Numbered from the stretch's first letter, positions 1 through 11,291 are shown. The stretch is DNA of 32,846 nucleotides from a bacterium (GCA_049472355.1 JBLIRP010000042.1:1-32846), one strand, 5' to 3'. The notes: generated by a model not told the origin, from the sequence alone. Program-made: numbers and translations.

Positions 1-1559
<1,559 letters not shown>

Positions 1560-1655
1560 TACTGGAGGTTTTCGGTATCGATTGATCGGATCAACACCAT
1601 CCGTGTGTGAACGTGAGAAGATATCACTCGACACATCGTATGGCCGACCATAAGT

Positions 1656-1702
1656 GATGCCGGGTGCAGTGGATACATTCCCTGCGCCCGGCATCCTTTT
1701 TT
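1656..1702 (+). terminator. Rho-independent terminator after hppA
   Basis: Stem GATGCCGGGTGCAG...CTGCGCCCGGCATC followed by a T6 run. Confidence 0.8.
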
Positions 1703-1962
1703 CAATACCCGCCATCTGCCGGAAGATCATAAAGGTCTTGCTGTATTGACTCCGGTGTGTTTGCGTGGGAATATATCCGGAATATGAAGGGGGGCATCAG
1801 CACACAGGTGCCTGATGCCATGAACCATTTTTTTGTAACCGATCAATACATTGTGGGAAACCGTAGCTCGTTCCGCTTCGCCTGACAGAGTTTTACTGGC
1901 CCACCCCCTTCAGATAGTGAGCAGTTGTTCCTTTTTCATCGGGCACGGGGGTCGATGATTCC

Positions 1963-3636
1963 ATGGATTCCATTGAGCAGATAAGCGCCGAGGAGGCAGC
2001 GGTCCCTCAGGGGGCACAGGCCGAGGACCGGAAAAAGGCGGGCCAACGGTCCTTCCTGGCCAGGGCCTCGATGGTCGTGCTGCTCGGGACACTGACCAGC
2101 CGCTTCTTCGGCTTCATCAGGGAGATGGTCATGGCCGCCTACTTCGGAAGCGGCATGGCGGTCGACGCTTTCCAGGTGGCATACATGATTCCCAACCTCC
2201 TCCTGCAGCTCTTCGGCAGCGCAGCCATAGGCTCCGCCTTCATCCCGGTCATCACCACATTCCTCACCAACAAGGAACCCGAAAACGTCAACACTGTGGC
2301 AAGCAGCGTGGCGAACTTCCTGGCCGTGTTCTTTTTCCTCTGCATGGTGGCAGGTTTCTTCATTGCCCCGCAGGTCACCAGGGCGATCGCCCCCGGGTAT
2401 GCAGGGGATGTCGAAAAATTTCGCCTCACCGTGCTGATGACCAGGGTCATGTTTCCGAGCATCCTCTTTCTGGGGATGTCGGGGTTTGTCATGGGCATGC
2501 TTCATTCCTACAACCATTTCACCGCACCCGCCTTTGCCCCCGTATGCTTCAACATCCTGATCATTACCTCCGTGGTCGTGCTGACGCGCGGACTCGGGCC
2601 CATGAGCCTGGCAATCGGGGTGACCCTGGGCGGGCTCATCCAGCTTCTCTTCCAGATACCCTTTCTCAAAAAAAGGAACTGGCGCTATTCGCTCACCCTT
2701 GCCTGGCATCACCCAGGGGTAAAACAGATCATCACGCTGTTCATCCCCATTGTCTTCAGCCTGGCGAGCATCGAGATCAACGTGTTTGTGGATACCCGCT
2801 TCGCCTCCCTGCTTGCGGCTGGGAGCGTGGCGGCGCTCCACTATGCCCTCCGCATCTGGTATCTTCCTATGGGGCTTTTTGCGGTTACCATCTCCACGGT
2901 CCTTTTCCCGAAATTTTCCAGGCATTCCGCGATGAATGACCTTGCAGGGTTGAAGGAATCGTACTCCCTGGGACTGAGAAGCGTGTTTCTGATCATGGTG
3001 CCGGCATCCATGTTGATCATCGTCCTGGCCCGCCCGATTGTAAAGCTGCTCTTCATGCGGGGGGCATTCGGCATGGAGTCCACCAATGCGGTTGCCTATG
3101 CGCTGGTGTTCTACACCCTGGGGCTTACCTCGGCAGGCGTGCTTCACCTCACCAACAGGGCATTCTATTCCCTCAAGGACACCCTGACTCCCACCCTCGT
3201 TACCGTGGCTGCCATCGCCGTCAATTACCTCGGTGACTGGGTCCTCTCCCGGCCGCTGGGACACGGCGGCATCGCCCTTTCCACCTCCCTGGTCATGACC
3301 TTCAACTTTGCATGTCTCTTCATCATCCTGAGAAGACGAATGGGTGACATAGACGGAAGGAGGATACTCTCCAGCCTGATCAAGATTCTCATCGCCTCAT
3401 GTCTGTTAGGGATTGTATCCTATGCAGCCTGGAGGCTCACGCACAGCATGGCAGGCGATGCCCTCAGCGGACAGATCCTCGCCGTGGGAACGGGCACGGG
3501 CGCGGGTGCCCTCATGTATCTTGCCGCGGCGAAGATCCTCGGTATCCACGAGATGTCCGCCATCACCCGCATGGTCCTCGCCCGGTTCACCCGCAGGAAA
3601 GGTGATCCCGATGATGCGCGGACCACCGAAATATAA
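1963..3636 (+). CDS. murJ: Lipid II flippase MurJ (MviN)
   Basis: SRFFGFIRE..MAAYFG, DAFQVAYMIPN, AFIPV, RAFYSLKDTLTP and GIALSTS motifs; many TM segments. Confidence 0.96.
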   Translation: MDSIEQISAEEAAVPQGAQAEDRKKAGQRSFLARASMVVLLGTLTSRFFGFIREMVMAAYFGSGMAVDAFQVAYMIPNLLLQLFGSAAIGSAFIPVITTFLTNKEPENVNTVASSVANFLAVFFFLCMVAGFFIAPQVTRAIAPGYAGDVEKFRLTVLMTRVMFPSILFLGMSGFVMGMLHSYNHFTAPAFAPVCFNILIITSVVVLTRGLGPMSLAIGVTLGGLIQLLFQIPFLKKRNWRYSLTLAWHHPGVKQIITLFIPIVFSLASIEINVFVDTRFASLLAAGSVAALHYALRIWYLPMGLFAVTISTVLFPKFSRHSAMNDLAGLKESYSLGLRSVFLIMVPASMLIIVLARPIVKLLFMRGAFGMESTNAVAYALVFYTLGLTSAGVLHLTNRAFYSLKDTLTPTLVTVAAIAVNYLGDWVLSRPLGHGGIALSTSLVMTFNFACLFIILRRRMGDIDGRRILSSLIKILIASCLLGIVSYAAWRLTHSMAGDALSGQILAVGTGTGAGALMYLAAAKILGIHEMSAITRMVLARFTRRKGDPDDARTTEI

Positions 3637-3688
3637 TGGGAAGATGGTGCAGCCTGGCATTCCCCCAGATAAAACAGGGAATTTATAG

Positions 3689-3728
3689 TGAATATAGCCC
3701 GAACGACCAAGCCTTCGGGCTATATTCA
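3689..3728. terminator. Perfect 15-bp stem-loop between convergent genes, probable bidirectional terminator
   Basis: TGAATATAGCCCGAA (3689-3703) / TTCGGGCTATATTCA (3714-3728). Confidence 0.7.
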
Positions 3729-3789
3729 TACAATAGGCATGGTTTATAAAGACATCCCAATCTAATCGTTTACTGGGACTTCAAAACAT

Positions 3790-4323
3790 CTAATAAAGGA
3801 CGTTAGAAGGGTTATTATAATCATTCCATCTGATTCCAGGCCAAAATATTCCCGTAGTCAAATTCCCCCATTGTGACGATGGCGGCGATGTTCCCCCAGT
3901 TATTCCTGAACCCCACCATGGTGATCCACCTCCGGACCATATGCCACCACCACCCCATCCTATGAGGTCCCACAATCCCGGGAAGATCTGCATCCCGCCG
4001 ATACCACCAACGGGACTATATTCAGTGTATTCGGTAGAGGGTGCCCACCAATTCGGAAAGATATTCGGCATCTGAACCCTGTAGGTAATTTGAGGATAGA
4101 CTGTACCTGTGAGCCACAGGTCCGCCAAGCTGGTCCTCTGCATATACTCAATCCATGTTCCGGATGGATTCGTCACAATTCGTTTAATATACTCCTGCTG
4201 CTGTCTTGTGACATCATCACCAGGTTGGCTCGTTGCCGCCCTTGTTGCACGCCCCATAAGGGCAAAAACCAGGCAAAAAGCCAGCATACCGATCCCCAGG
4301 CATTTTACAGATTGTCTTTTCAT
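3790..4323 (-). CDS. Exported hypothetical protein (177 aa) with a Trp/Gly/Pro-rich low-complexity C-terminal half
   Basis: ATG at 4323 preceded by AAGGAGG. Signal peptide MKRQSVKCLGIGMLAFCLVFALMG..A. Tract GWGGGGIWSGGGSPWWGSG. Confidence 0.75.
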   Translation of the reverse strand: MKRQSVKCLGIGMLAFCLVFALMGRATRAATSQPGDDVTRQQQEYIKRIVTNPSGTWIEYMQRTSLADLWLTGTVYPQITYRVQMPNIFPNWWAPSTEYTEYSPVGGIGGMQIFPGLWDLIGWGGGGIWSGGGSPWWGSGITGGTSPPSSQWGNLTTGIFWPGIRWNDYNNPSNVLY

Positions 4324-4601
4324 GATCTTCCTCCTTAACCTTGAAAAACATGAAATTATGAATCGGAAGGTATAAAGCAACGAATGTCTCTTGTATCACC
4401 TCCCTCCAACAATGAGGACATTCCCCTGGTTAATAAAAGGTTCTTTTCGGAAAAACGTTCTTGCCTACCTTGGATGGATTTATTCGATGGAAAAAAATCG
4501 GGGCTCAAGCATACAATCCTTCTATTGTTAATAGACGTAAAAATAATCTACTTTCCCCCCAAATTTTAATAAGGATATTGGTAGAGTCCTGATAGGGGAG
4601 G

Positions 4602-4855
4602 TTATGCGGGAAGATAATCAAAGAAACCGCAGTTGTACACTGTTTCTTCAACCATCTTATTTGCTTCACTCATCGGAGGGCCGTTTACTTGCAGACGCCG
4701 GAGATAAAGATGTCATACATCTTCTCCGCGGCATGCGCATCATTCATAATGGCGAAAATTCCCATTTTCTGCATGCATTTAGGGCACTGAAGGCGATTCC
4801 CCACATATACGAGATTGATACGTTCAACCCATTTTTACTGCACGACTGTTTAGGG
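4602..4855 (-). pseudogene. Decayed C-terminal fragment of an IS91-family transposase
   Basis: The minus strand reads KWVERINLVYVGNRLQCPKCMQKMGIFAIMND, resembling the IS91 tail W...I..VY..DPL.CP.C...M.I.A.I.D. There is an apparent frameshift just upstream and a stop downstream. Confidence 0.55.
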
Positions 4856-4902
4856 AAAGTGGTACAGACGAGATAGCGCCGTCACATTATCAAATCATAC
4901 AC

Positions 4903-5592
4903 TCACGATAGCCGTCTGATCCCCTCAGCCAACTCCTGCAGACCTTTCCGGTCCAGTATATGAATGATGTGACGGGCATCCTCCTGAATAAATCCCGCCT
5001 TGATCATGCGGGTGAGGATTCGTGAAAGGGTCTCCGGTATGGTGCCCAGCAGACTGGCCAACTGTCCCTTTGATATATCTATGGCAAGGTCATCCGCATC
5101 GTGATTCCTCCGGCTCAGATAAAGTAAATACGCCGCCAGTCTTCCGGGAACCTCCTTCAGGGAAAGGTCTTCAATGAGAGAGGTAAACCTGCGCAATCGC
5201 TGGGATAAAAGGCCCAGCATATTCAGGGCCAGGGAAGGGTCCTTTTTGATCAGATTGAGAAAAGAGGACCTGGGGAAAAATAGAATCCTGCTTTTCTCTA
5301 TGGTCTCCGCATATGCCGGGAACCTCCTGTCCTCGAAAAGGGCAATCTCCCCGAATGGCTCACCCGGGCCGAAGATATGGAGGATCTGTTCCTTGCCGTC
5401 GGAAGCAAGTTTATAGACCTTCACCCGTCCGGAGAACATCACATAGAATCCAGTGCCTTCCTGTCCTTCAAGGAATATGGTCTCTCCGGCACCGAATTGC
5501 CGGTCAACGACGATTCTGGCAAGGCCTTCCAGATTATTTTCGGGAAGACCCTCAAAAAGAGGAATTTGACCAATATGAGCAATCACATCCAT
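4903..5592 (-). CDS. Crp/Fnr family transcriptional regulator (HcpR/Dnr-like, no FNR Cys cluster)
   Basis: cNMP-binding fold (GRVKVYK..DGKEQIL....PGEPFGE) plus HTH with LASLLGTIPETLSR. Confidence 0.93.
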   Translation of the reverse strand: MDVIAHIGQIPLFEGLPENNLEGLARIVVDRQFGAGETIFLEGQEGTGFYVMFSGRVKVYKLASDGKEQILHIFGPGEPFGEIALFEDRRFPAYAETIEKSRILFFPRSSFLNLIKKDPSLALNMLGLLSQRLRRFTSLIEDLSLKEVPGRLAAYLLYLSRRNHDADDLAIDISKGQLASLLGTIPETLSRILTRMIKAGFIQEDARHIIHILDRKGLQELAEGIRRLS

Positions 5593-5656
5593 GACTTGTT
5601 CCCTTCATTGATGATATCGCGGATAATTCCCCATGATAAGAAAGATATTCGACCAT

Positions 5657-5698
5657 TTGACTTAGATCAATACACTCCATTGTGAGATGCGCTATATT
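5657..5698 (+). promoter_or_regulatory. FNR/HcpR-type box with a -10 element at class II spacing
   Basis: TTGAC-TTAG-ATCAA at 5657-5670 and TATATT at 5693-5698. The box centre falls at about -41.5 from a predicted +1 near 5705. Confidence 0.65.
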
Positions 5699-5757
5699 TT
5701 AAATTGAACGACAAAATTTTTAAAGAGAATATGAAGGGTTTTAAGGAGTGGGCTGGA

Positions 5758-5895
5758 ATGATAGTGTTGAAACATTTCCAGGATGGAGAAAAGGGATTTT
5801 TATCAACCTCCATTGCCCATATGAGAGCGCCTGCATTCGATATCGTGCGCGGGAATACAACTTTGACAAATCCGGATGATTGCTATGGCTTCTGA
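5758..5895 (+). pseudogene. Probable decayed 4Fe-4S ferredoxin-like (frdX-like) gene
   Basis: AAGGAG RBS then ATG. The ending AFDIVRGNTTLTNPDDCYGF* resembles the A..IV.GKA.L.....CDG(L/F) segment of dicluster ferredoxins; the other Cys are missing. Confidence 0.35.
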
Positions 5896-6150
5896 ATAAA
5901 GACAAAAAGGTTGAAAGGAGCCTTAATAACAGGTTCGTGGAAAAGTGGGATATGGGCGATGACGGTATTTTCACGGGAAACCACCTGAGGTAGCTGCACG
6001 CCCGGCTGTTCTCATCCATGTCCCATCTTCGATTGATGTGTTGTCTTAGGATCTAGCTCACATGATTTATGCACGGCCCCATTCCGGCCTCAATATCCAC
6101 AATTTCGTATCACAGAAGGGTTATTTTATAAAAAAACTTACCTATTCATA

Positions 6151-6179
6151 TTGCAAAACTTATTATTCATCGCTATACT
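6151..6179 (+). promoter_or_regulatory. Sigma70-type promoter upstream of the STAND regulator
   Basis: TTGCAA-N17-TATACT. Confidence 0.6.
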
Positions 6180-6466
6180 AATCAATAAAGAGACTTGGCT
6201 CTTCTTATATCTAAGGGCTGATATAAAAAATTACGGCTTATCACCTATTTGTTTCCTTCTGTCCATTTAAATAACGCAGCTTGATCCTCGCTATGAGGCG
6301 GCTTTATCCTCCCAAACCGATAGGTGAGTTGCGAGATCTTACCCGTTGCAGATGGAGACGTTACCCGTTACAGCCTGAGACTGAACCACCAACGATCCTG
6401 GAAGCCGGATTGCCTCACTATGGTCTCCATTACGTTAGCACCTCAGCAATACATTGGTGAGACAGA

Positions 6467-9400
6467 ATGTCAAGAAAAACCGGTAATCAAGGTATCTCCC
6501 TACCCAAGATAACCCCCCCCTGTATAAGAGACGTGTTACACCGAAAAAGACTGTTTTGTCATATAGACAACGGCATCAAACGGCCGATTTTGTGGATCAC
6601 CGGCCCTGCGGGCTCCGGCAAGACCACACTCATTGCAAGTTATCTTGAGAACCGGAAATTGCCCTCCCTGTGGTACGAGTTTGACAGAGGAGACAGCGAT
6701 ATTGCAGCCTTCTTTTACTATATGGGACTTGCCGTTAAAAGGGCCGCCCCAAAGAGAAAAAGGGCCCTTTCACTGTTAACCCATGAATACCTTTTGGATA
6801 CCCTTACCTTTACCAAGCGTTTTTTTGAGGACCTCTATGATCATTTGAAACAACCCTCTGTCATCGTATTCGATAATTATCAGGAGGTTCCTGCCCAGTC
6901 AATGCTCCATGAGATGCTCTGCGCCGGACTAAGTGGAATACCGGAAGGAATAACGATCATTTTCTCCAGTCGTGATGCCCCTCCCCCTGCGATGGCCCGC
7001 CTACTGGCTAATCAGCAAACAGAATTCATAGGGTGGGACGAGCTGCATTTTACCGAAAACGAGTCAAAAAGGCTCTTGAAGCTCAGAGGGGGGGATATGT
7101 TCTCTGCGGAGATGATGAGACAGATCCATTACGCGACCCAAGGGTGGGCAGCCGGCCTTATACTCATTCTCCTATGGACAAAAAGGGAAAAGGCGAATTC
7201 TCACCCGCTTGGTCGTCATTCACTGAAAGAGATCTTTGACTACTTTGTCTATGAGATATTTGGAAAGCTGGATATGTCGAAAAGGGATTTCCTCGTAAAG
7301 AGCGCCTTTCTGACTCAAATGACCCCACACATGGCAGCATCTCTTTCCGGGAATCCTCATGCGGACCATATCCTTTCCCAGTTACATTCTAAAAACTGCT
7401 TTATAGAGAAACGGTCTGTTCATGGGGAGGCAGTATACCAGTATCATGACCTCTTCAAAGAGTTCTTACTGATCCGTGCACAGGAAGAATTTTCTCCACC
7501 TGAGGTCACTCAACTGCACTGTGAGGCTGCAAACCTGCTCGAAGCCTCAGGCTATATAGAGGATGCGGCAGAACTCTATATAAAGGCAAAACAATGGGAG
7601 CGACTGGTGCAACTCATATCCAGACACGCTGAATCACTGCTGTGCCAGGGGAGGAGCCGGACCCTGGAGGGATGGATAACCAGCCTTCCGGAAGAGATAC
7701 TCAAAGGCACACCCTGGCTTTCATACTGGATGGGTGTTTCCCTTCTCCCCTTCGGCCCTGTTGATGCAAGGGGATATTTTGAGAGGGCCTATTCTCAATT
7801 CAAGAGTGAAAAGGATGCCGCCGGCATCTTTCTAAGCTGGTCCTTCATTATCAATTCCTTTGTGCACGAGCGAAGCAACCTCTACCGTTTAGATATATGG
7901 ATCAAGGAACTCCACGAGATACGCACCCTTTATCCTCACTTCCCCTCTGTTGAGATCGAGGCACAAGTTACCTTCAGTATGTTTATTGCGTTGGTATTTT
8001 ATATACCTGAACAACCTGTAGATCCCCCTTTACCCGAGTGGGCAACGAGGGCAGAAATGCTCCTGGAACACGTGAGTGATCATGACCAGGTGATGATCAC
8101 CCACCATTTCTTGATACTCTATTATTTGTATAGCGGCAATATATCAAAAGCCGCCCTGCTATTAGAGAGGTTAAAACACAGAATCGATCATAACAAGGTC
8201 CGGCCCCTTACAACCATACTCTCCAGGTTGACAGAGATAAATTACTGCTGCTTTACAGGGGATTTTGTCACCGCACAGAGGTTGGTCGAAAAGGTCTTGG
8301 AGACAGCCGAAACTTCAGGGGCACATATCTACACCCCTCATCTCTTCGCCTTTGGTGTGTATAGTACATTGTGTGTATTAAACCTCACATCTGCCTCGGA
8401 ATATCTGAAAAGGATGGCCTCATGCATAACCCCCAGTAAGGGTAATTCCTATGCCGCCGAATATCATTATTTGGTTGCCTGGAAGGCATGGCTTTCGGGT
8501 GATCTCCATAAGGCGTGTGAACATAGTGAAATAGCCGTAACAATCGGCGAGGAATGCCAAGACGGGGTTGGATTGATGATCGGGCATATTGCAAGTGCCC
8601 ACGTTCTCACCAAATGTGGAAATAATCGTGAGGCCGCATCGCATCTTGACCAGGCCCACAAAATAATTCGTCGGGGCGGGTATGATTTCATTCAGTATAA
8701 ATGGCTGCTGGCCAAGGCGCAACTGGCCTTTACCTGCGCCGATGAAAGGGAGGGCCTGCACTATGCAAGGAAGGCCATGTCATTGGGCAGGGAAAAGGGG
8801 ATCATATTTATAGACTGGTTTCACCCCACCCTTATGACAGGGTTATGCGTCAAGGCCCTCGAAGCAGGGATTGAGGTGGAGCATGTGCAAAGACTCATTC
8901 GCAAACTAGGGCTCATTCCCAATGATCCGCCCCTCGAATGCGAGCTGTGGCCCTGGCCTGTAAGGATTTATACGCTGGGACGGTTTTCTGTGCTCAAGGA
9001 TGGCGACCCCCTGCATGTTTCAGGCAGGGTCCAGAAAAGGCCCCTTGAGATGCTCAAGCTCCTTATCACTCATGGGGACAGAGAGGTCAGGGAGATGCAG
9101 TTGAGCGACACCCTCTGGCCGGACGCGGACGGGGATATGGCGCATCGCTCATTTGCCACCACGCTCCACCGCCTGCGCAAGCTCCTGGGCGATGAAAAGG
9201 CGGGATTGAGGAAGGGCAGATTGTCCCTGGACCACCGGTACTGCTGGGTGGATGCCCATGCATTTGATCGCCTCTTAAGAAAGGCGGATGAGGCCCTCAA
9301 AAGCAGCAACCGCGAGACCGCCATACAATGGATGGAAAGGGCACTTTCCCTCTATCATGGCCCATTCCTGCCAGGGGATGAGATGAAGCCCTGGGCCGTG

Positions 9401-9799
9401 CCGTGCCGCGAACGTCTCAGGAATATGTTTCTGCGCTATACGGAAAAATTGGCCCTTTTACTTGAAAAGGCTGGCAGATGTGATCAGGCCATTGACTGGC
9501 TCAAAAGGGGGCTCGAGGCGGACGACCTTGCAGAAGGACTTTACCAGCAACTCATGTTCTGCCTGATGGGCCTTGAGCGGAAGGCGGAGGCCCTGGCGGT
9601 GTATCATCGCTGCAAAAAGGCCCTTGCGACCCGCCTTGGGGTCGAACCATCTTCGAAAACACAGGACATTTACATATCATTGGTCTCCGGAATAGGGGAA
9701 AATGGTGTACTCCCGCCTGAGACGCAATCCAAGGACCTGAAGCACGACGGCAAATATGCAATAGGGGCCGATGCAATTGATGCTATAGTAAAGCAATAA
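6467..9799 (+). CDS. MalT-like STAND transcriptional activator: N-terminal ATPase, TPR-like sensor region, C-terminal OmpR-type wHTH plus BTAD (SARP-like) domain
   Basis: Walker A GPAGSGKTT, Walker B VIVFDNYQ, TQGWAAGL and YQYHDLF. C-terminal VRIYTLGRF, LWPD, LHRLRKLL, CWVDAHAF, LYHGPFL and LGVEPS motifs. Confidence 0.9.
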   Translation: MSRKTGNQGISLPKITPPCIRDVLHRKRLFCHIDNGIKRPILWITGPAGSGKTTLIASYLENRKLPSLWYEFDRGDSDIAAFFYYMGLAVKRAAPKRKRALSLLTHEYLLDTLTFTKRFFEDLYDHLKQPSVIVFDNYQEVPAQSMLHEMLCAGLSGIPEGITIIFSSRDAPPPAMARLLANQQTEFIGWDELHFTENESKRLLKLRGGDMFSAEMMRQIHYATQGWAAGLILILLWTKREKANSHPLGRHSLKEIFDYFVYEIFGKLDMSKRDFLVKSAFLTQMTPHMAASLSGNPHADHILSQLHSKNCFIEKRSVHGEAVYQYHDLFKEFLLIRAQEEFSPPEVTQLHCEAANLLEASGYIEDAAELYIKAKQWERLVQLISRHAESLLCQGRSRTLEGWITSLPEEILKGTPWLSYWMGVSLLPFGPVDARGYFERAYSQFKSEKDAAGIFLSWSFIINSFVHERSNLYRLDIWIKELHEIRTLYPHFPSVEIEAQVTFSMFIALVFYIPEQPVDPPLPEWATRAEMLLEHVSDHDQVMITHHFLILYYLYSGNISKAALLLERLKHRIDHNKVRPLTTILSRLTEINYCCFTGDFVTAQRLVEKVLETAETSGAHIYTPHLFAFGVYSTLCVLNLTSASEYLKRMASCITPSKGNSYAAEYHYLVAWKAWLSGDLHKACEHSEIAVTIGEECQDGVGLMIGHIASAHVLTKCGNNREAASHLDQAHKIIRRGGYDFIQYKWLLAKAQLAFTCADEREGLHYARKAMSLGREKGIIFIDWFHPTLMTGLCVKALEAGIEVEHVQRLIRKLGLIPNDPPLECELWPWPVRIYTLGRFSVLKDGDPLHVSGRVQKRPLEMLKLLITHGDREVREMQLSDTLWPDADGDMAHRSFATTLHRLRKLLGDEKAGLRKGRLSLDHRYCWVDAHAFDRLLRKADEALKSSNRETAIQWMERALSLYHGPFLPGDEMKPWAVPCRERLRNMFLRYTEKLALLLEKAGRCDQAIDWLKRGLEADDLAEGLYQQLMFCLMGLERKAEALAVYHRCKKALATRLGVEPSSKTQDIYISLVSGIGENGVLPPETQSKDLKHDGKYAIGADAIDAIVKQ

Positions 9800-9955
9800 A
9801 GGCCCCTTTGAAATTCCCCCGCCGGGTTTGTTCAGACAATAAATATAATCTACATATTTTAGGCATCATCCTGGATTGATCTCAATCAGGCCCCCTCTTT
9901 TTATCTCCCAGGCGGTTTGTTCCCTCAATCCCCCTTTCATTCAAGGGTTTTGATG

Positions 9956-9989
9956 TGTAAACAATCTGTAACCATACGTATGGTAGATT
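9956..9989 (+). promoter_or_regulatory. Candidate wHTH/SARP operator and extended -10 for the downstream exported-protein gene
   Basis: TGTAAACA (9956) and TGTAACCA (9967) are 11 bp apart, followed by TG-G-TAGATT (9981-9989). Confidence 0.45.
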
Positions 9990-10379
9990 TTTAATGAACG
10001 ATACATCAACCATCTTTTAGGTAAATAACGTTAATTCCGGGAGGTTACATAGTGCGCATTTACCGGCGAGAAGGCCCCCCGGCAAGCTTGTTGGTATTGT
10101 AAAAGAAATTGGCGTCAAAGGACTAAGGGCATTTAAGGATATCAATGAGCTTTGGGATATCCTGTCCCTCAAAAAGAAGAGGACATCCCACAAAAATAAT
10201 GGAAGGGACACCCATACGGAGGCCTAATGCATATGGAAAGGAAAACCAAGCGATGCCATGCAAAAGATTTGGAGGTGTTGCCTATGGACACGGATTAAAT
10301 AAGATATATTCAGCCCTTTTATTTTAATTGCGATATTAAAAGGAAGCAAAGAGTAATAACCTAAGAATGGAGATATCCA

Positions 10380-11177
10380 ATGAAATCATTAAAAATTTTA
10401 ACTGGAATAGTTTTAGCACTATCAATAGTAATGTTTCCACGTATTGGCATATCACAAATCACGGTTTCAGGTGATTATGGGTATGTTGCTGATATGACAT
10501 TAGGGGAAATTGCAAAGGTTGTAAATGATGCAGAAGCTATATCAGACATGTTAGATCGAATAAAAGACATTGAAGAACAGGTGAAATTAACTGAAGAGCA
10601 GATTAGCTTACTTCAAAAACAAGCTGAATCAACTCAAGAGCATGTGGAATCAATTCAAGAACAGGTTGAATCAAATCAAGAGGATATTGCAGATATGGCA
10701 GGTGCAATGCAAAACACGACTGCAGCACTTGAAGAATTATCAGAATACATGGACCCAAATATAGAATATAGATTAAATAAAATGGAAGACGCTATATTGG
10801 ATCTACAAGAAGGACAAGGGCCTGAGGGTCTGCCCGATTTGGCAGTTGATGTAATATGTCCTGTATCAAATTCTGATCCAATATGTATGGTCGTAAATAA
10901 TATGGGTGACACAAGCACTTCTATTGACACAGATATAGCAGTAAAGTTTGTATGCAAAGATGGGACAGTAGTGGAAAGAATATTGGTGAATAAAATCCCT
11001 GCTGGTCTTGCAGTAGGATCATATACTGATACTATTTGTCTTGCTATTCCTGCTGAATGTTATGTAACAGACATTTATGTATATATTGATCAGGATAATA
11101 GAGAGCCGGAACTAGAAGACTTTGAGAATAACAAAGGATACTGTCACTTCGCTCCATACAGCCCATATCTCCCCTAA
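10380..11177 (+). CDS. Exported protein with a coiled-coil stalk and C-terminal CARDB/Ig-like domain
   Basis: Signal peptide; heptads (AESTQEH/VESIQEQ/VESNQED); LPDLAV...VVNNMG...YIDQDN..E.....NN pattern typical of CARDB; GGAG RBS; AT-rich gene. Confidence 0.8.
   Translation: MKSLKILTGIVLALSIVMFPRIGISQITVSGDYGYVADMTLGEIAKVVNDAEAISDMLDRIKDIEEQVKLTEEQISLLQKQAESTQEHVESIQEQVESNQEDIADMAGAMQNTTAALEELSEYMDPNIEYRLNKMEDAILDLQEGQGPEGLPDLAVDVICPVSNSDPICMVVNNMGDTSTSIDTDIAVKFVCKDGTVVERILVNKIPAGLAVGSYTDTICLAIPAECYVTDIYVYIDQDNREPELEDFENNKGYCHFAPYSPYLP
10626..10683 (+). repeat. 21-bp in-frame tandem repeat (about 3 copies) encoding coiled-coil heptads
   Basis: GAATCAA.TCAAGA at 10626, 10647 and 10668. Confidence 0.8.
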
Positions 11178-11291
11178 ATTATTAACACGCTGGATTGCTT
11201 CTTCCCCTTTAACCATGGCTGTTTTGTGGATACTCTATTCGTATCATGTTTGGTGGAAGATGACGAGGGTGACGACCCTAAAAATTTTTGT

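Noticed and set aside
1936..3264. 442-aa minus-strand ORF, and similar long antisense ORFs at 20466-21476, 23115-24491 and 28659-29705
   Set aside because: Shadow frames opposite well-supported GC-rich genes, with no recognisable motifs.
4604..4876. 90-aa plus-strand ORF
   Set aside because: Antisense to the transposase-like remnant, with no recognisable features.
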